In this document: one piece after another, positions 21,554 to 30,419 of the stretch
Layout of the letters: each line of letters starts with the position of its first letter
How positions within the stretch are numbered: the first letter of the stretch is position 1
Source of the DNA: Prevotella phage Lak-C1
Length of the DNA: 32,000 bases
Sequence record: MK250029.1
Strand: one strand, 5' to 3'
Translations under genes and position numbers: made by a program
Notes under the pieces: model-generated
What the model was told of the DNA's origin: nothing
Database searches by the model: none
The model's input: the letters and a program-made list of their open reading frames with translations, nothing else

Positions 21554-22177
21554 TTAACTTAAATCGATTAATTTTTCATAATATTTTTTCAATATTTTTT
21601 CATCCAGTATATTATTACTTAACATATTTATATATGCAGTCTTAAACATATCATAATTATGATTATATATATCATTTCTTATAATAGTAGATGAAACACA
21701 TTCATTATTATATTCATCATTTCTATTAATATAATGTACCGGTTCAATATTAGCATTTATATATATGGTTTTTACACCTTTAGTTGAATCATAATATTTT
21801 CCGTTTTCTGAATATAATTGAAAAAATTCATCTTTTCGTTTAATGTCATTACCTTTATTTGATGTAACTAAACAGAATTTCTCATCATTAATTGAACTTC
21901 CAACATCATTATAACATTTACGTATAGGTGCAGGATATTCTGATATACCAACATTAATATTTACATTATATAGTTCACTTAACTTATCTTTAATATTATT
22001 TAAAAACCATAATGAACTATCTGCCGTAATATTATCTCTATTTTTAGATGATATATAAATACGTACTTCATCAATATGAACATTATCGATATTGAATATG
22101 TGTGATTTCAATATCGATAAATGTCCATCATGAAATGGTTTAAAACCACCAGGGAATAATAATATATTTTTACTCAT
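21554..22177 (-). CDS. HxGH-family nucleotidyltransferase (cytidylyltransferase-like / NMN adenylyltransferase-like), 207 aa
   Basis: N-terminus MSKNILLFPGGFKPFHDGHLSILKSH carries the GGFKPFHxGH nucleotide-binding signature. Confidence 0.8.
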   Translation of the reverse strand: MSKNILLFPGGFKPFHDGHLSILKSHIFNIDNVHIDEVRIYISSKNRDNITADSSLWFLNNIKDKLSELYNVNINVGISEYPAPIRKCYNDVGSSINDEKFCLVTSNKGNDIKRKDEFFQLYSENGKYYDSTKGVKTIYINANIEPVHYINRNDEYNNECVSSTIIRNDIYNHNYDMFKTAYINMLSNNILDEKILKKYYEKLIDLS

Positions 22178-22190
22178 TTATTTCTTATTT

Positions 22191-24746
22191 TTAAACTGAC
22201 TTAATTCCAAATTTAGATGTATCAATACCTATTAAATTTTTAAGTGAAATACCTCCAAGTGTTTGCATTTCATGGAATGTTTTTAATATAAATTTAACAT
22301 CTGGATTAAATACAACAAATACAATGTCTTTTCTTATTTTTGAAGGTATCTGTTTTAATTGTTCCCAACCAGAATCTTCTCCATCTGTAAATACCATAAT
22401 AGTTGTATGTTTTTCACCATTATCATAATAATATGGTTTCTTAAGCTTAGTAACACTTATAGTATTTCCTGGAATATCTGTACCTCCAGAACCACCTCGT
22501 TCTCCAAGAAGTTCAAGACGTTTTGAAATAGGTGTTTTAATATTCCACATTTCAACATCTTCAGGATGTATAGCACCTGTTGTAAAATAAGCTCTAGCAG
22601 AATTTAATACTTTACATTGTTTTTCTAATGTTACAATTTCTTTAAATATCTGATAGAATATACCATTACCATTACTATACATAGAACCTGAATTATCAAT
22701 AAGATAAAATATATTTGCTGCATTATTCTCAGCAAATGGAACTTTTTTATATGGGTTGTATCTATCATCACGCCATGATTGTGACATTGTACGTTTTGAA
22801 CGTTTCATCTGTGTTCCTGCTTCCATCGCAGCTGTAAAATGTTTCTTCATCTTCTGCTTCCAATTAGCAAGAGATTCCATATTTTTTAACTTATCTGCAA
22901 TATCATTAAGTTTATTTGCAAGATCTGGTGAAACTTGATTTAATCTTTCTTTATTTTCTTCATTATATCTTCTGGATATTTCTACAGGATCACATGTTAA
23001 TTCTTCTGCAGTATAAGGATCACCTGATTCTTTTGCAATTTCAGCCATTTGCTCTTGTGATAACATATCAGCACCACCAAATGTAGAAGATGTTGTTGTA
23101 TCAAATTCCTTACCTTCAAGTTGTTCTTGAAGTTTATCTTCATCTGGTACAGAATTCATATCTTTATCGATTTGTGATTTCATCTTATCAATTGCTTTCT
23201 TAACATCTTTACGTGCTTGTTCACGTGCTGCTTTTTCTGTAGGAGACATTTGACCAGAATTTCTACCAGTTTTTGAATTTCCCATAGAACCTTGAGATGA
23301 TTGGCTCATTTCACCGCTTTGACCAGATTGTCTATCTTGTGAATCACCAGAATCATTTCCAGATTGTCCTTGATTATCACCATCATCATTTCCTAAATTT
23401 CCATATTCATCTGAATTTTCAGAATCATTATTACCAGATTGTGAATCATTTCCAGATTGAGAATCATCATCACCTTGTTCATCAGAATCTGTTCCTGAAC
23501 CTTTACCCATAGCTTTATCTAATTCTTTCTGTATCTCATCATTATATGCATCTTGATACTCAGAAGATTTATCACTATTATCTGGCATATCATCCATACC
23601 ATAATCGCTCATAGTATCTGGATCTGCTGCACTTAAATCTGTATCATCATATGAACCACTTCCTTGACCTTGTTGTCTATCAGATTGATTATTTTGATTA
23701 CCTGATTGATTCTGTGATCCTTGATTTCCAGATTGTTGTTGAGATGAATCACTCTGCTGACCTTGTGAACCACCTTGACTTTGTGATTGACTATTATCAC
23801 CTTGCTGACCACTCTGACCTTGTTGCTGACTTTGTGAAGACTGACTATCACCAGATTGTCCTTGTTGTCCAGATTGCTGTTGAGAATTATTTACCGGATT
23901 TTGATTAATTGGTTGTTGTGGTGTAGAAACTTTATTATAGAAATAAGCATCAAAAATAATTTGCCATGGTTCCATTCTAAATCTATCATCAAAAATTCCA
24001 TCACATTCTTCTGTTGCTCCAGCAAAATATTTTGGAATTTGTTTTTCAAGATCTCGATTTATCTCAGCATCCATTGCAATATTTGCTAATTGATGATTCT
24101 TTCCACCTTGTGTTTCTGTTTTTCTTTCTGCTTGTTCTCTGTGTCTATATATCTGATGATATGCTTCATGACAAATAACATAAAGAACTAATCTAGCCAT
24201 TGTAATAACTCTATCAGATTGAGACATACGTTTACCTTGAGACATTAATTCCTTTACTTGTCCTTTCCCTTTATATAAAAGTTGTTCAGCAAATACAGGA
24301 TTAAATGCTATACGTACTCCATCTGATGCAGCTGTATCAATATTAAATGACCACAAAATAGGTTTATTAAATCTTCCTAAAATTGGTCCTAATTCTCTGG
24401 TTGATGCAGCTTGAGTTTTTGCCATTTCACAAAAAGATGCAATTTCAGCAGGAATAATTTCTTCTTCTGTTTGTTCTCCTGTTATCGCGTCAGTAATCTT
24501 CACCTTAACAGGTACACGCATTTTAGATACAGGAATAGAATATCCCATATCTTTCATTGTAGCACCTTTATATAACTTTCGCAAATCTAAGCTTTTCTGT
24601 TTCATAAGTCTTCCCCATAAACCAGCTAATTCACGTTGATTCTCTTCAGCAGACTTCATCTTAACACCCATTGTATTTTGTACTGTGTTTTTAGAATAAG
24701 CTTCGTATACTCGAGTTTTATTAGTTTTTAACTTTACCTTTACCAT
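22191..24746 (-). CDS. VWA-domain protein with putative zinc-metallopeptidase-like N-terminal domain (DUF2201-like), 851 aa
   Basis: HEAYHQIYRH (HEXXHxxxxH) near 24156..24170; MIDAS-type DNSGSM at 22680..22697 followed by VWA-like segments (TDIPGN, MVFTDGEDSGW); no in-frame TAG despite many Gln codons. Confidence 0.9.
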   Translation of the reverse strand: MVKVKLKTNKTRVYEAYSKNTVQNTMGVKMKSAEENQRELAGLWGRLMKQKSLDLRKLYKGATMKDMGYSIPVSKMRVPVKVKITDAITGEQTEEEIIPAEIASFCEMAKTQAASTRELGPILGRFNKPILWSFNIDTAASDGVRIAFNPVFAEQLLYKGKGQVKELMSQGKRMSQSDRVITMARLVLYVICHEAYHQIYRHREQAERKTETQGGKNHQLANIAMDAEINRDLEKQIPKYFAGATEECDGIFDDRFRMEPWQIIFDAYFYNKVSTPQQPINQNPVNNSQQQSGQQGQSGDSQSSQSQQQGQSGQQGDNSQSQSQGGSQGQQSDSSQQQSGNQGSQNQSGNQNNQSDRQQGQGSGSYDDTDLSAADPDTMSDYGMDDMPDNSDKSSEYQDAYNDEIQKELDKAMGKGSGTDSDEQGDDDSQSGNDSQSGNNDSENSDEYGNLGNDDGDNQGQSGNDSGDSQDRQSGQSGEMSQSSQGSMGNSKTGRNSGQMSPTEKAAREQARKDVKKAIDKMKSQIDKDMNSVPDEDKLQEQLEGKEFDTTTSSTFGGADMLSQEQMAEIAKESGDPYTAEELTCDPVEISRRYNEENKERLNQVSPDLANKLNDIADKLKNMESLANWKQKMKKHFTAAMEAGTQMKRSKRTMSQSWRDDRYNPYKKVPFAENNAANIFYLIDNSGSMYSNGNGIFYQIFKEIVTLEKQCKVLNSARAYFTTGAIHPEDVEMWNIKTPISKRLELLGERGGSGGTDIPGNTISVTKLKKPYYYDNGEKHTTIMVFTDGEDSGWEQLKQIPSKIRKDIVFVVFNPDVKFILKTFHEMQTLGGISLKNLIGIDTSKFGIKSV
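23190..23960 (-). repeat. Low-complexity Gln/Ser/Gly/Asp/Asn linker between the peptidase-like and VWA domains
   Basis: Repetitive QQGQSGQQGDNSQSQSQGGSQGQQ... encoded by CAA/CAG, never TAG. Confidence 0.85.
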
Positions 24747-24770
24747 TATGTTAGAAGTAAAAAAATCTTT

Positions 24771-24786
24771 TTAATATTTATTAAAA
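24771..24786 (-). promoter_or_regulatory. Candidate AT-rich phage promoter element upstream of the VWA gene
   Basis: Minus-strand TTTTAATAAATATTAA, about 25-40 nt before ATG, next to the 24791..24827 hairpin. Confidence 0.35.
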
Positions 24787-24790
24787 TAAA

Positions 24791-24827
24791 AAGAGTGAAT
24801 ATAATTCAAATAATTATATTCACTCTT
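24791..24827. terminator. Strong stem-loop AAGAGTGAATATAATT(caaat)AATTATATTCACTCTT
   Basis: Perfect 16-bp inverted repeat, 26 nt downstream of the TAA at 24854..24856. Confidence 0.88.
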
Positions 24828-24853
24828 AATATATATTGTTTATTTAATGTTTA

Positions 24854-27640
24854 TTATTTTTTCGCTCTACTCTTAACCGCATTACGTGTTTGATTGAAAT
24901 CAAACTTCTCTGAACGTGCAAGAATATTTAATGCAGGTAAAATAGGAACTTTAGATTCTTCAATCTGATGAACATGTGCAATCTATTGAAGACTTGGATC
25001 TTTCTTTGTACGAGCAGCTTCATATGCAGTAAGGGTCTTTCTAACTGCAACCGTATTATAGAATTCTTTACGTAAATCTGAATCAATATTATTACACTTT
25101 TCAAATAATGAAGTTCTCATATTATGTGCGATAGAACCAATTTCAGTTTGAATTGAAATCTTAGCAATCCATGATGCAAAGTGTGCATATAATTGAGCAA
25201 CACGTGAATTAAGTAATGAATTTACTTTATTACGTAATGTATCAATATCTTGTAATTCTGCATCATCAAATAATAAGTTATGTGTCTTACCATTAATATT
25301 AAATGAATATTCTTTAATAAGTTTCTATGCAGCAGATGAAACCTGACTGTCTGATAATGGTTTAGCATTTTCTAATGTTTCTATATCATTCTTTATATCT
25401 TCCTCAAGATCTCCAGGATATGCAGCTAATACCTATAATGGTAATTCTTTTGCAATACTAGAAATACACTTCCATTTAGAGAATTCTGATGTTGCATACA
25501 TATCAACTGATAATGGTTTCTTATCATCATCATCCTAATATTCAGAAGGCATACTACCAGTTTCCCAAATAGTTGTCATTACCTATGGAGTAAAGATCTT
25601 TGAATATTCATTATATGAACGCCATGCCTTCATAACAGGACCTGTAGCAGTTGCACCATTTGTACCAGTATCATCACCAATTTTATCACGCATATTATCT
25701 GTAAAATATGTCATAAAAATATTATAACGTCCGCGTATACCAATTGAACTATTACCAGTTGGATCCAATTCATCAAGACCACCATGTTCATCAACCCACC
25801 AGTCCCAATAATCATCATCAAGTTCATTTAATGCATCAATTAAAACATTTGGAAGAATTCCGCCATAATATTCTTTATATGTATTTCCTTCATCATCTGT
25901 TTTTTCTTCTACAGAAGAATCAATTAATTTCTAATAATATTCTTTTCCAGAAATACCATCAGGATTCTCATCAAACAAATCAATTAAAGCATCTTTATAG
26001 AATGGTCCAATTGTATTTGCCCATGTACGAGGAGTAACCATACGTTTTGTACGTAAAATAATTTCCTGATTAAGAACATCACTAATCTTAGATAAAGAAT
26101 CATTCTGATCTTCATGTGCTCTCTTATCTGCCTCTGGATTATCAAGCATATCATCATATCCACCATTTACAATAGTAGAATACCATACATAATCATCTGA
26201 AGCTTCAATAAAATCTGTAATAAATGGTGGTACATTAGCTTCATGTGTCAAAGGATCAACTTCACGTGCCCATTCAATCCATTCAGTCTTTGAAGGAACA
26301 TATGTATAATGTGTAAAACGGTTTGTTTGTGCAGCAGTAGGGAAATATCTTCTATCTTCTGATTCTGCTTCATTCTCATCAATAGAACGGTTAGATGCAA
26401 GAACAAAACCCCATTTAGATGCAACAACATAATTATCACCAAATTTATGATCATTAACAATACCCATGATAATATTTTGAACATTAGGTTCAACACGTGA
26501 ATACTCATCCATAAATACAACACCGCCTTCAAAAGGATGTCCATTAGCAGATGTAATTTCTCCTGTATTATCAGTTGAAAGGAATCTACATGTATTACAG
26601 AAATAATCACGTTTCTTATTCTCTTCTGGATCTGATGTATTAAGATATACTGGTAACCAAGTCTTAGGTGTATCTGTAAATCCTTCACGTGTATACATTT
26701 GTGATTTCTTTTTTGCTGAACCAGAATCAAGACCCCAACCAATTTCACGGGTAGCATCACGAGGTAATGTCCAGTTTTCTATTGTATAACCAGCAAGCAT
26801 AATAACTTCAAGATTCAAGTTAATTGCTTTATATTTAGCATTAGCCATATCTTTAATAGTTTGCTTAATGATTGCAGTTTTACCAATACCAGGAGCACCC
26901 CATATAAGGAATGGAACAACATCAGAGTGTCCGCCAAGAGGACCGGAAATTTGTTCACGAATATTAGTCTTAAGCTTAGAAATTAATTGCTTAGAATTAA
27001 TAGCAACACCAAAATGACTGAATCCATTACCATCTTTAACTGCATCATATGAATATACAGCTTCATTTAATGCTTTATATAATTTTGTTGGTTTATAATA
27101 TGTTTCATTAACATATTTAATAGATTCAGAAATAGTTTCATCTGTTGTTCCTGCACGTTTAATAACACGACTCCAGAAATTAACAATATCTCTACGGTCT
27201 TTTGCTATACCTTCTGCAAATGCCTAATCAATAGTCATACCACCAGTACCTGCAGTTTTCTTTAATGATGCAGATGGTGCAAAATAAACACCCTTTGGTA
27301 ACATACCTTTTGATGCTTTAATTGCTAGGTTACCAACATTATTTAATGACCATGAAACAACCTAATTAGCTGCATCATCAACAAGTGCAATAAAACCTCT
27401 TACTTTATCAGTAATATATGAAGCAACTTTCTTTCCGTATTCTTTAATCTTATCAATAAATCCTTCATTAATCAAAATCTTATTCAATGGTATATTATTT
27501 TCGACATAATTATCATCGAAACGCATTGAACATGTATCATTTGATTCATTAATTGATAAAAGAATACCATTAATCTTATACTATGTACCTTTAACACTAT
27601 GTACAAGAGTTGCTGGTATATTCAATCTAGTTTTTACCAT
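24854..27640 (-). CDS. MoxR-type AAA+ ATPase with long N- and C-terminal extensions, 928 aa, 9 in-frame TAGs
   Basis: Walker A WGAPGIGKTAIIKQ, Walker B GGVVFMDEYSR, sensor-1-like WGFVLASNRS, and DRRYF/NRF region; TAGs at 24983, 25325, 25433, 25535, 25583, 25931, 27224, 27362 and 27581 all in one frame; track ORFs 25583..25768 and 25931..26848 are fragments of it. Confidence 0.9.
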
Positions 27641-27660
27641 ATTTAAAAATCAAAAAAATT

Positions 27661-27679
27661 ATTTTTTATATTTATCTTG
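27661..27679 (-). promoter_or_regulatory. Candidate AT-rich phage promoter element upstream of the AAA+ gene
   Basis: Minus-strand AAGATAAATATAAAAAATA, 21-39 nt before ATG. Confidence 0.35.
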
Positions 27680-27725
27680 TGAAAATATATAGTATTATTC
27701 AGTTAAATTATTTATTAATAAAAAT

Positions 27726-27763
27726 AAAAAGGTAAACTATGAATCAACATAATTTACCTTTTT
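27726..27763. terminator. Stem-loop AAAAAGGTAAA(16 nt)TTTACCTTTTT
   Basis: Perfect 11-bp inverted repeat immediately after the TAA at 27766..27768. Confidence 0.75.
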
Positions 27764-27765
27764 AA

Positions 27766-28197
27766 TTAAACTTTCTTAATATTTTTATGTTTTGAAAGTC
27801 CTATATTATTTAAATAATTATATAATTCTATCACAGAATCTCGATGAACTACCACTAATTCATCATTAATAAGTGTTATTTCTATACGTGGTTTTTCATA
27901 TAAAATATTATCTTCAATAATATAATTATTTGCTATATTATCTTCGATATATTCTTTCATATACAATTCATTTAATTTTGCCCTTGTTATTTTACCAGAA
28001 AATAACTGTTCAAATATATCATCTTTATAATATACACATTCAATTTCTACTTTAAATCCCTTAAATTTTAATCGCCGTCTCTTAACAGTTCCTTTACGAT
28101 GAATTAATGTACATACAAAACTTTCATTAAGAACATCTTTCTTATCAAATATTTTAATAGAAATAACTTTATCTACGTTTATATATTTGTCTATCAT
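27766..28197 (-). CDS. Uncharacterised protein, 143 aa
   Basis: MIDKYINVDKVISIKIFDKKDVLNESFVCTLIHRKG...; its ATG overlaps the TGA of the upstream gene (ATGA). Confidence 0.8.
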   Translation of the reverse strand: MIDKYINVDKVISIKIFDKKDVLNESFVCTLIHRKGTVKRRRLKFKGFKVEIECVYYKDDIFEQLFSGKITRAKLNELYMKEYIEDNIANNYIIEDNILYEKPRIEITLINDELVVVHRDSVIELYNYLNNIGLSKHKNIKKV

Positions 28198-28934
28198 TTA
28201 TTCCAATTAAATATATTAAATAAATTATGATTATTAGCATAATTAAAAGCAGAACTATGTTTATTTCTAAATTCTGTTTTATTTTTACATTTTTTCATAA
28301 TATCTATAACTTCTATATCATTCCATTTATATTTTAATCCACCAATACTACCTGCATTCATACGATTTAAGATAGTATAATTCATTTCTTTATAATATTC
28401 TACCCAATATATTTCTCTTGTAGATGCTTCATAAACAGATAAATTTGTTTCAAGAATAATCGGTTCTGGTATATTACCATATTTTGTCATAAAATAATTA
28501 TAAACAGCAGAATTACTATATTTTCTTTTATGTTGTTCAAAACGTTTTTTTGAATGTGTCAACCCTATATAAATACTATTTGTTAATTTATCTATATATG
28601 CATAAATAAAAAACTGTTTATTTAATAAATGAAATTCTTTACTTTTTGATAACCATGAAAATGTATTAATCCATGCTTTTTCATTTGATAATTTACATAA
28701 ATAATTATCATGTTCATAAAAATCTATATAAGTATTATATTTTTTCGCAATATTATATACTTCATTATATGACCATAAAGAATAATGATTTATTGGTAAT
28801 ACTTTATCTAATAAACCATTATTCTTTGTATATGTATATAATGTTCTGTTATGATGACATAAATCTCTTCTATTTTTATATTTAGTTAATAATAATTCTA
28901 ACTATTCATTTGTATAATTATCATATTTTTTCAT
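28194..28934 (-). CDS. GIY-YIG-type nuclease-like protein, 246 aa, one in-frame TAG
   Basis: MKKYDNYTNEQLELLLTKYKNRRDLCHHNRTLYTYTKNNG...; GIY-YIG-like FFIYAYIDKLTNSIYIGLTHSKKRFEQHKRKY; TAG at 28902..28904; the track shows only the C-terminal half. Confidence 0.75.
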
Positions 28935-28939
28935 AATTT

Positions 28940-29479
28940 TTACTTTTTAAATACATCAATATCATCATCCAAACCTGTACTCATTACTGTCTTTGAACGA
29001 CCTGAAGAAACTACAGTATACTCAATATCTGCTGTATTACTAATAAACCACTTTCCTGGATAACGTGAACACAAATCTCTATGCTCTCTTACAATATCTA
29101 ACATTCGTTCCTGATTCTTCTGAAACTCTGTTCGCAATACCTCTACACTTTGCATAATATTCTTATAAAGACTTGCATCAAACTGAGGATTTGCTTCAGT
29201 AATCCACTTCATCAATGAACCATCATTTGCATCATAACGTTCACTCATGATATGTGTGTAAATCTTGTCAAAATCAGATGCATACTTATCACTGATTTGC
29301 GCCTGCTGGGCAATAACTTTCCACATCTTATCATGACAACCTTCAATCTTTCCACGCTGTGCTTCAGCTTCATTTCTCAATGAAATTTCCTGGTTATTAT
29401 ATGTAAAATACATAGATACACCAGAGATTACAAAAATACCGATAACCACGGCAATAATAACAATTACAATCTTCTTCAT
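28940..29479 (-). CDS. LemA-like protein with N-terminal membrane anchor, 179 aa
   Basis: MKKIVIVIIAVVIGIFVISGVSMYFTYNNQEISLRNEAEAQRGKIEGCHDKMWKVIAQQAQISDKYASDF...; TM helix followed by a LemA-style helical core. Confidence 0.6.
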   Translation of the reverse strand: MKKIVIVIIAVVIGIFVISGVSMYFTYNNQEISLRNEAEAQRGKIEGCHDKMWKVIAQQAQISDKYASDFDKIYTHIMSERYDANDGSLMKWITEANPQFDASLYKNIMQSVEVLRTEFQKNQERMLDIVREHRDLCSRYPGKWFISNTADIEYTVVSSGRSKTVMSTGLDDDIDVFKK

Positions 29480-29497
29480 AAATTATTTAATAAATTA

Positions 29498-29656
29498 TTA
29501 TTTAGTATTATTTTTATTTAATTCATAAACAACAAAATGATGATATTCATTCATTGCTTTTTTTAATTGTGATGCATCAGTAGACAAATACTGAGCAGCA
29601 ACATACATATTATCTGCTAATTTTTTTAATTTTTCAAATTTCTCATTTGTATTCAT
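29498..29656 (-). CDS. Small uncharacterised protein, 52 aa
   Basis: MNTNEKFEKLKKLADNMYVAAQYLSTDASQLKKAMNEYHHFVVYELNKNNTK, TAA. Confidence 0.6.
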   Translation of the reverse strand: MNTNEKFEKLKKLADNMYVAAQYLSTDASQLKKAMNEYHHFVVYELNKNNTK

Positions 29657-29666
29657 AACAATGAAA

Positions 29667-29891
29667 TTACATTACTTTTCGATAATATACATTTCCTTCT
29701 TCCTCAAACATTTCAATCTGAAAAACCTCATAATCTGTATATTCATTTCCGTTAGAAAAGTCTGTTAATTTTCCATCTGTAGATTTAATATGTCCAGAAA
29801 TAGTATTATCTCCACATGGATGAATTTCATATACACCATTTGTATTCTTTACTTCTGTAATAGTTCTTACAATATCACCAATCATTACCAT
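29667..29891 (-). CDS. Small uncharacterised protein (~74 aa; start could be a few codons downstream)
   Basis: MVMIGDIVRTITEVKNTNGVYEIHPCGDNTISGHIKSTDGK...YYRKVM. Confidence 0.75.
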   Translation of the reverse strand: MVMIGDIVRTITEVKNTNGVYEIHPCGDNTISGHIKSTDGKLTDFSNGNEYTDYEVFQIEMFEEEGNVYYRKVM

Positions 29892-29920
29892 ATTAATATT
29901 TTATATTTAATTAAACATTA

Positions 29921-30298
29921 TTAAAGTTTCTCTACCAATGTATCAAGATTATCTATAGTAATTCCTTGAACATCGAATTCTATTTTATTATCATTAATAT
30001 TTTTTACAGTTAATACACTATAATCATAATAAATCTTATCACCTACTGTAAGTTCAGAAGCTTTAACAGTTTTAGATTCACCATAATTATGAGTTTCTCT
30101 ACGAAATTCATCCATACCTTCAATTGTAATTGGACAAATAGCTTCATAATGTTCTAATATCCATTCTTTACTACAATTGCCAGATACAAATTCAGGAGCA
30201 CCATAGCCTTTTGGCAATCCTAAATAGTCCTTTACTTTAGACATATTATCTACATATTCTGATGCTTTATGCCACTTTATATTATTATTTGTATTCAT
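29921..30298 (-). CDS. Uncharacterised protein, 125 aa
   Basis: MNTNNNIKWHKASEYVDNMSKVKDYLGLPKGYGAPEFVSGNCSKEWILEHYEAICPI... Confidence 0.8.
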   Translation of the reverse strand: MNTNNNIKWHKASEYVDNMSKVKDYLGLPKGYGAPEFVSGNCSKEWILEHYEAICPITIEGMDEFRRETHNYGESKTVKASELTVGDKIYYDYSVLTVKNINDNKIEFDVQGITIDNLDTLVEKL

Positions 30299-30338
30299 AA
30301 TCTTTATTTTTTAATTGTTTATTATTTCATTAACAATA

Positions 30339-30346
30339 CAAAGATA
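30339..30346 (-). promoter_or_regulatory. Possible Bacteroidales-type -7 element (TAnnTTTG): TATCTTTG
   Basis: Matches TAnnTTTG between the clpX hairpin and the 30298 start; no convincing -33 TTTG at the expected spacing. Confidence 0.25.
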
Positions 30347-30367
30347 CACATTTTATTTCAAATAAAA

Positions 30368-30396
30368 AAATCTTGGATAAAGAATATCCAAGATTT
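30368..30396. terminator. Stem-loop AAATCTTGGATA(aagaa)TATCCAAGATTT
   Basis: Perfect 12-bp inverted repeat, 23 nt downstream of the clpX TAA. Confidence 0.85.
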
Positions 30397-30419
30397 AAAA
30401 TGATAATTTAAAATAATAA

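Noticed and set aside
22756-24089. ORFs 22756..22938, 23297..23512, 23651..23908, 23856..24089 (+) and 23633..23851 (-)
   Set aside because: Antisense or off-frame to the VWA gene, mostly over its low-complexity Gln/Ser/Gly linker.
25744-26760. ORFs 25744..26037 (+), 25984..26166 (-) and 26248..26760 (-)
   Set aside because: They overlap the MoxR AAA+ frame, which has clear Walker A/B motifs; these have no recognisable motifs and biased composition.
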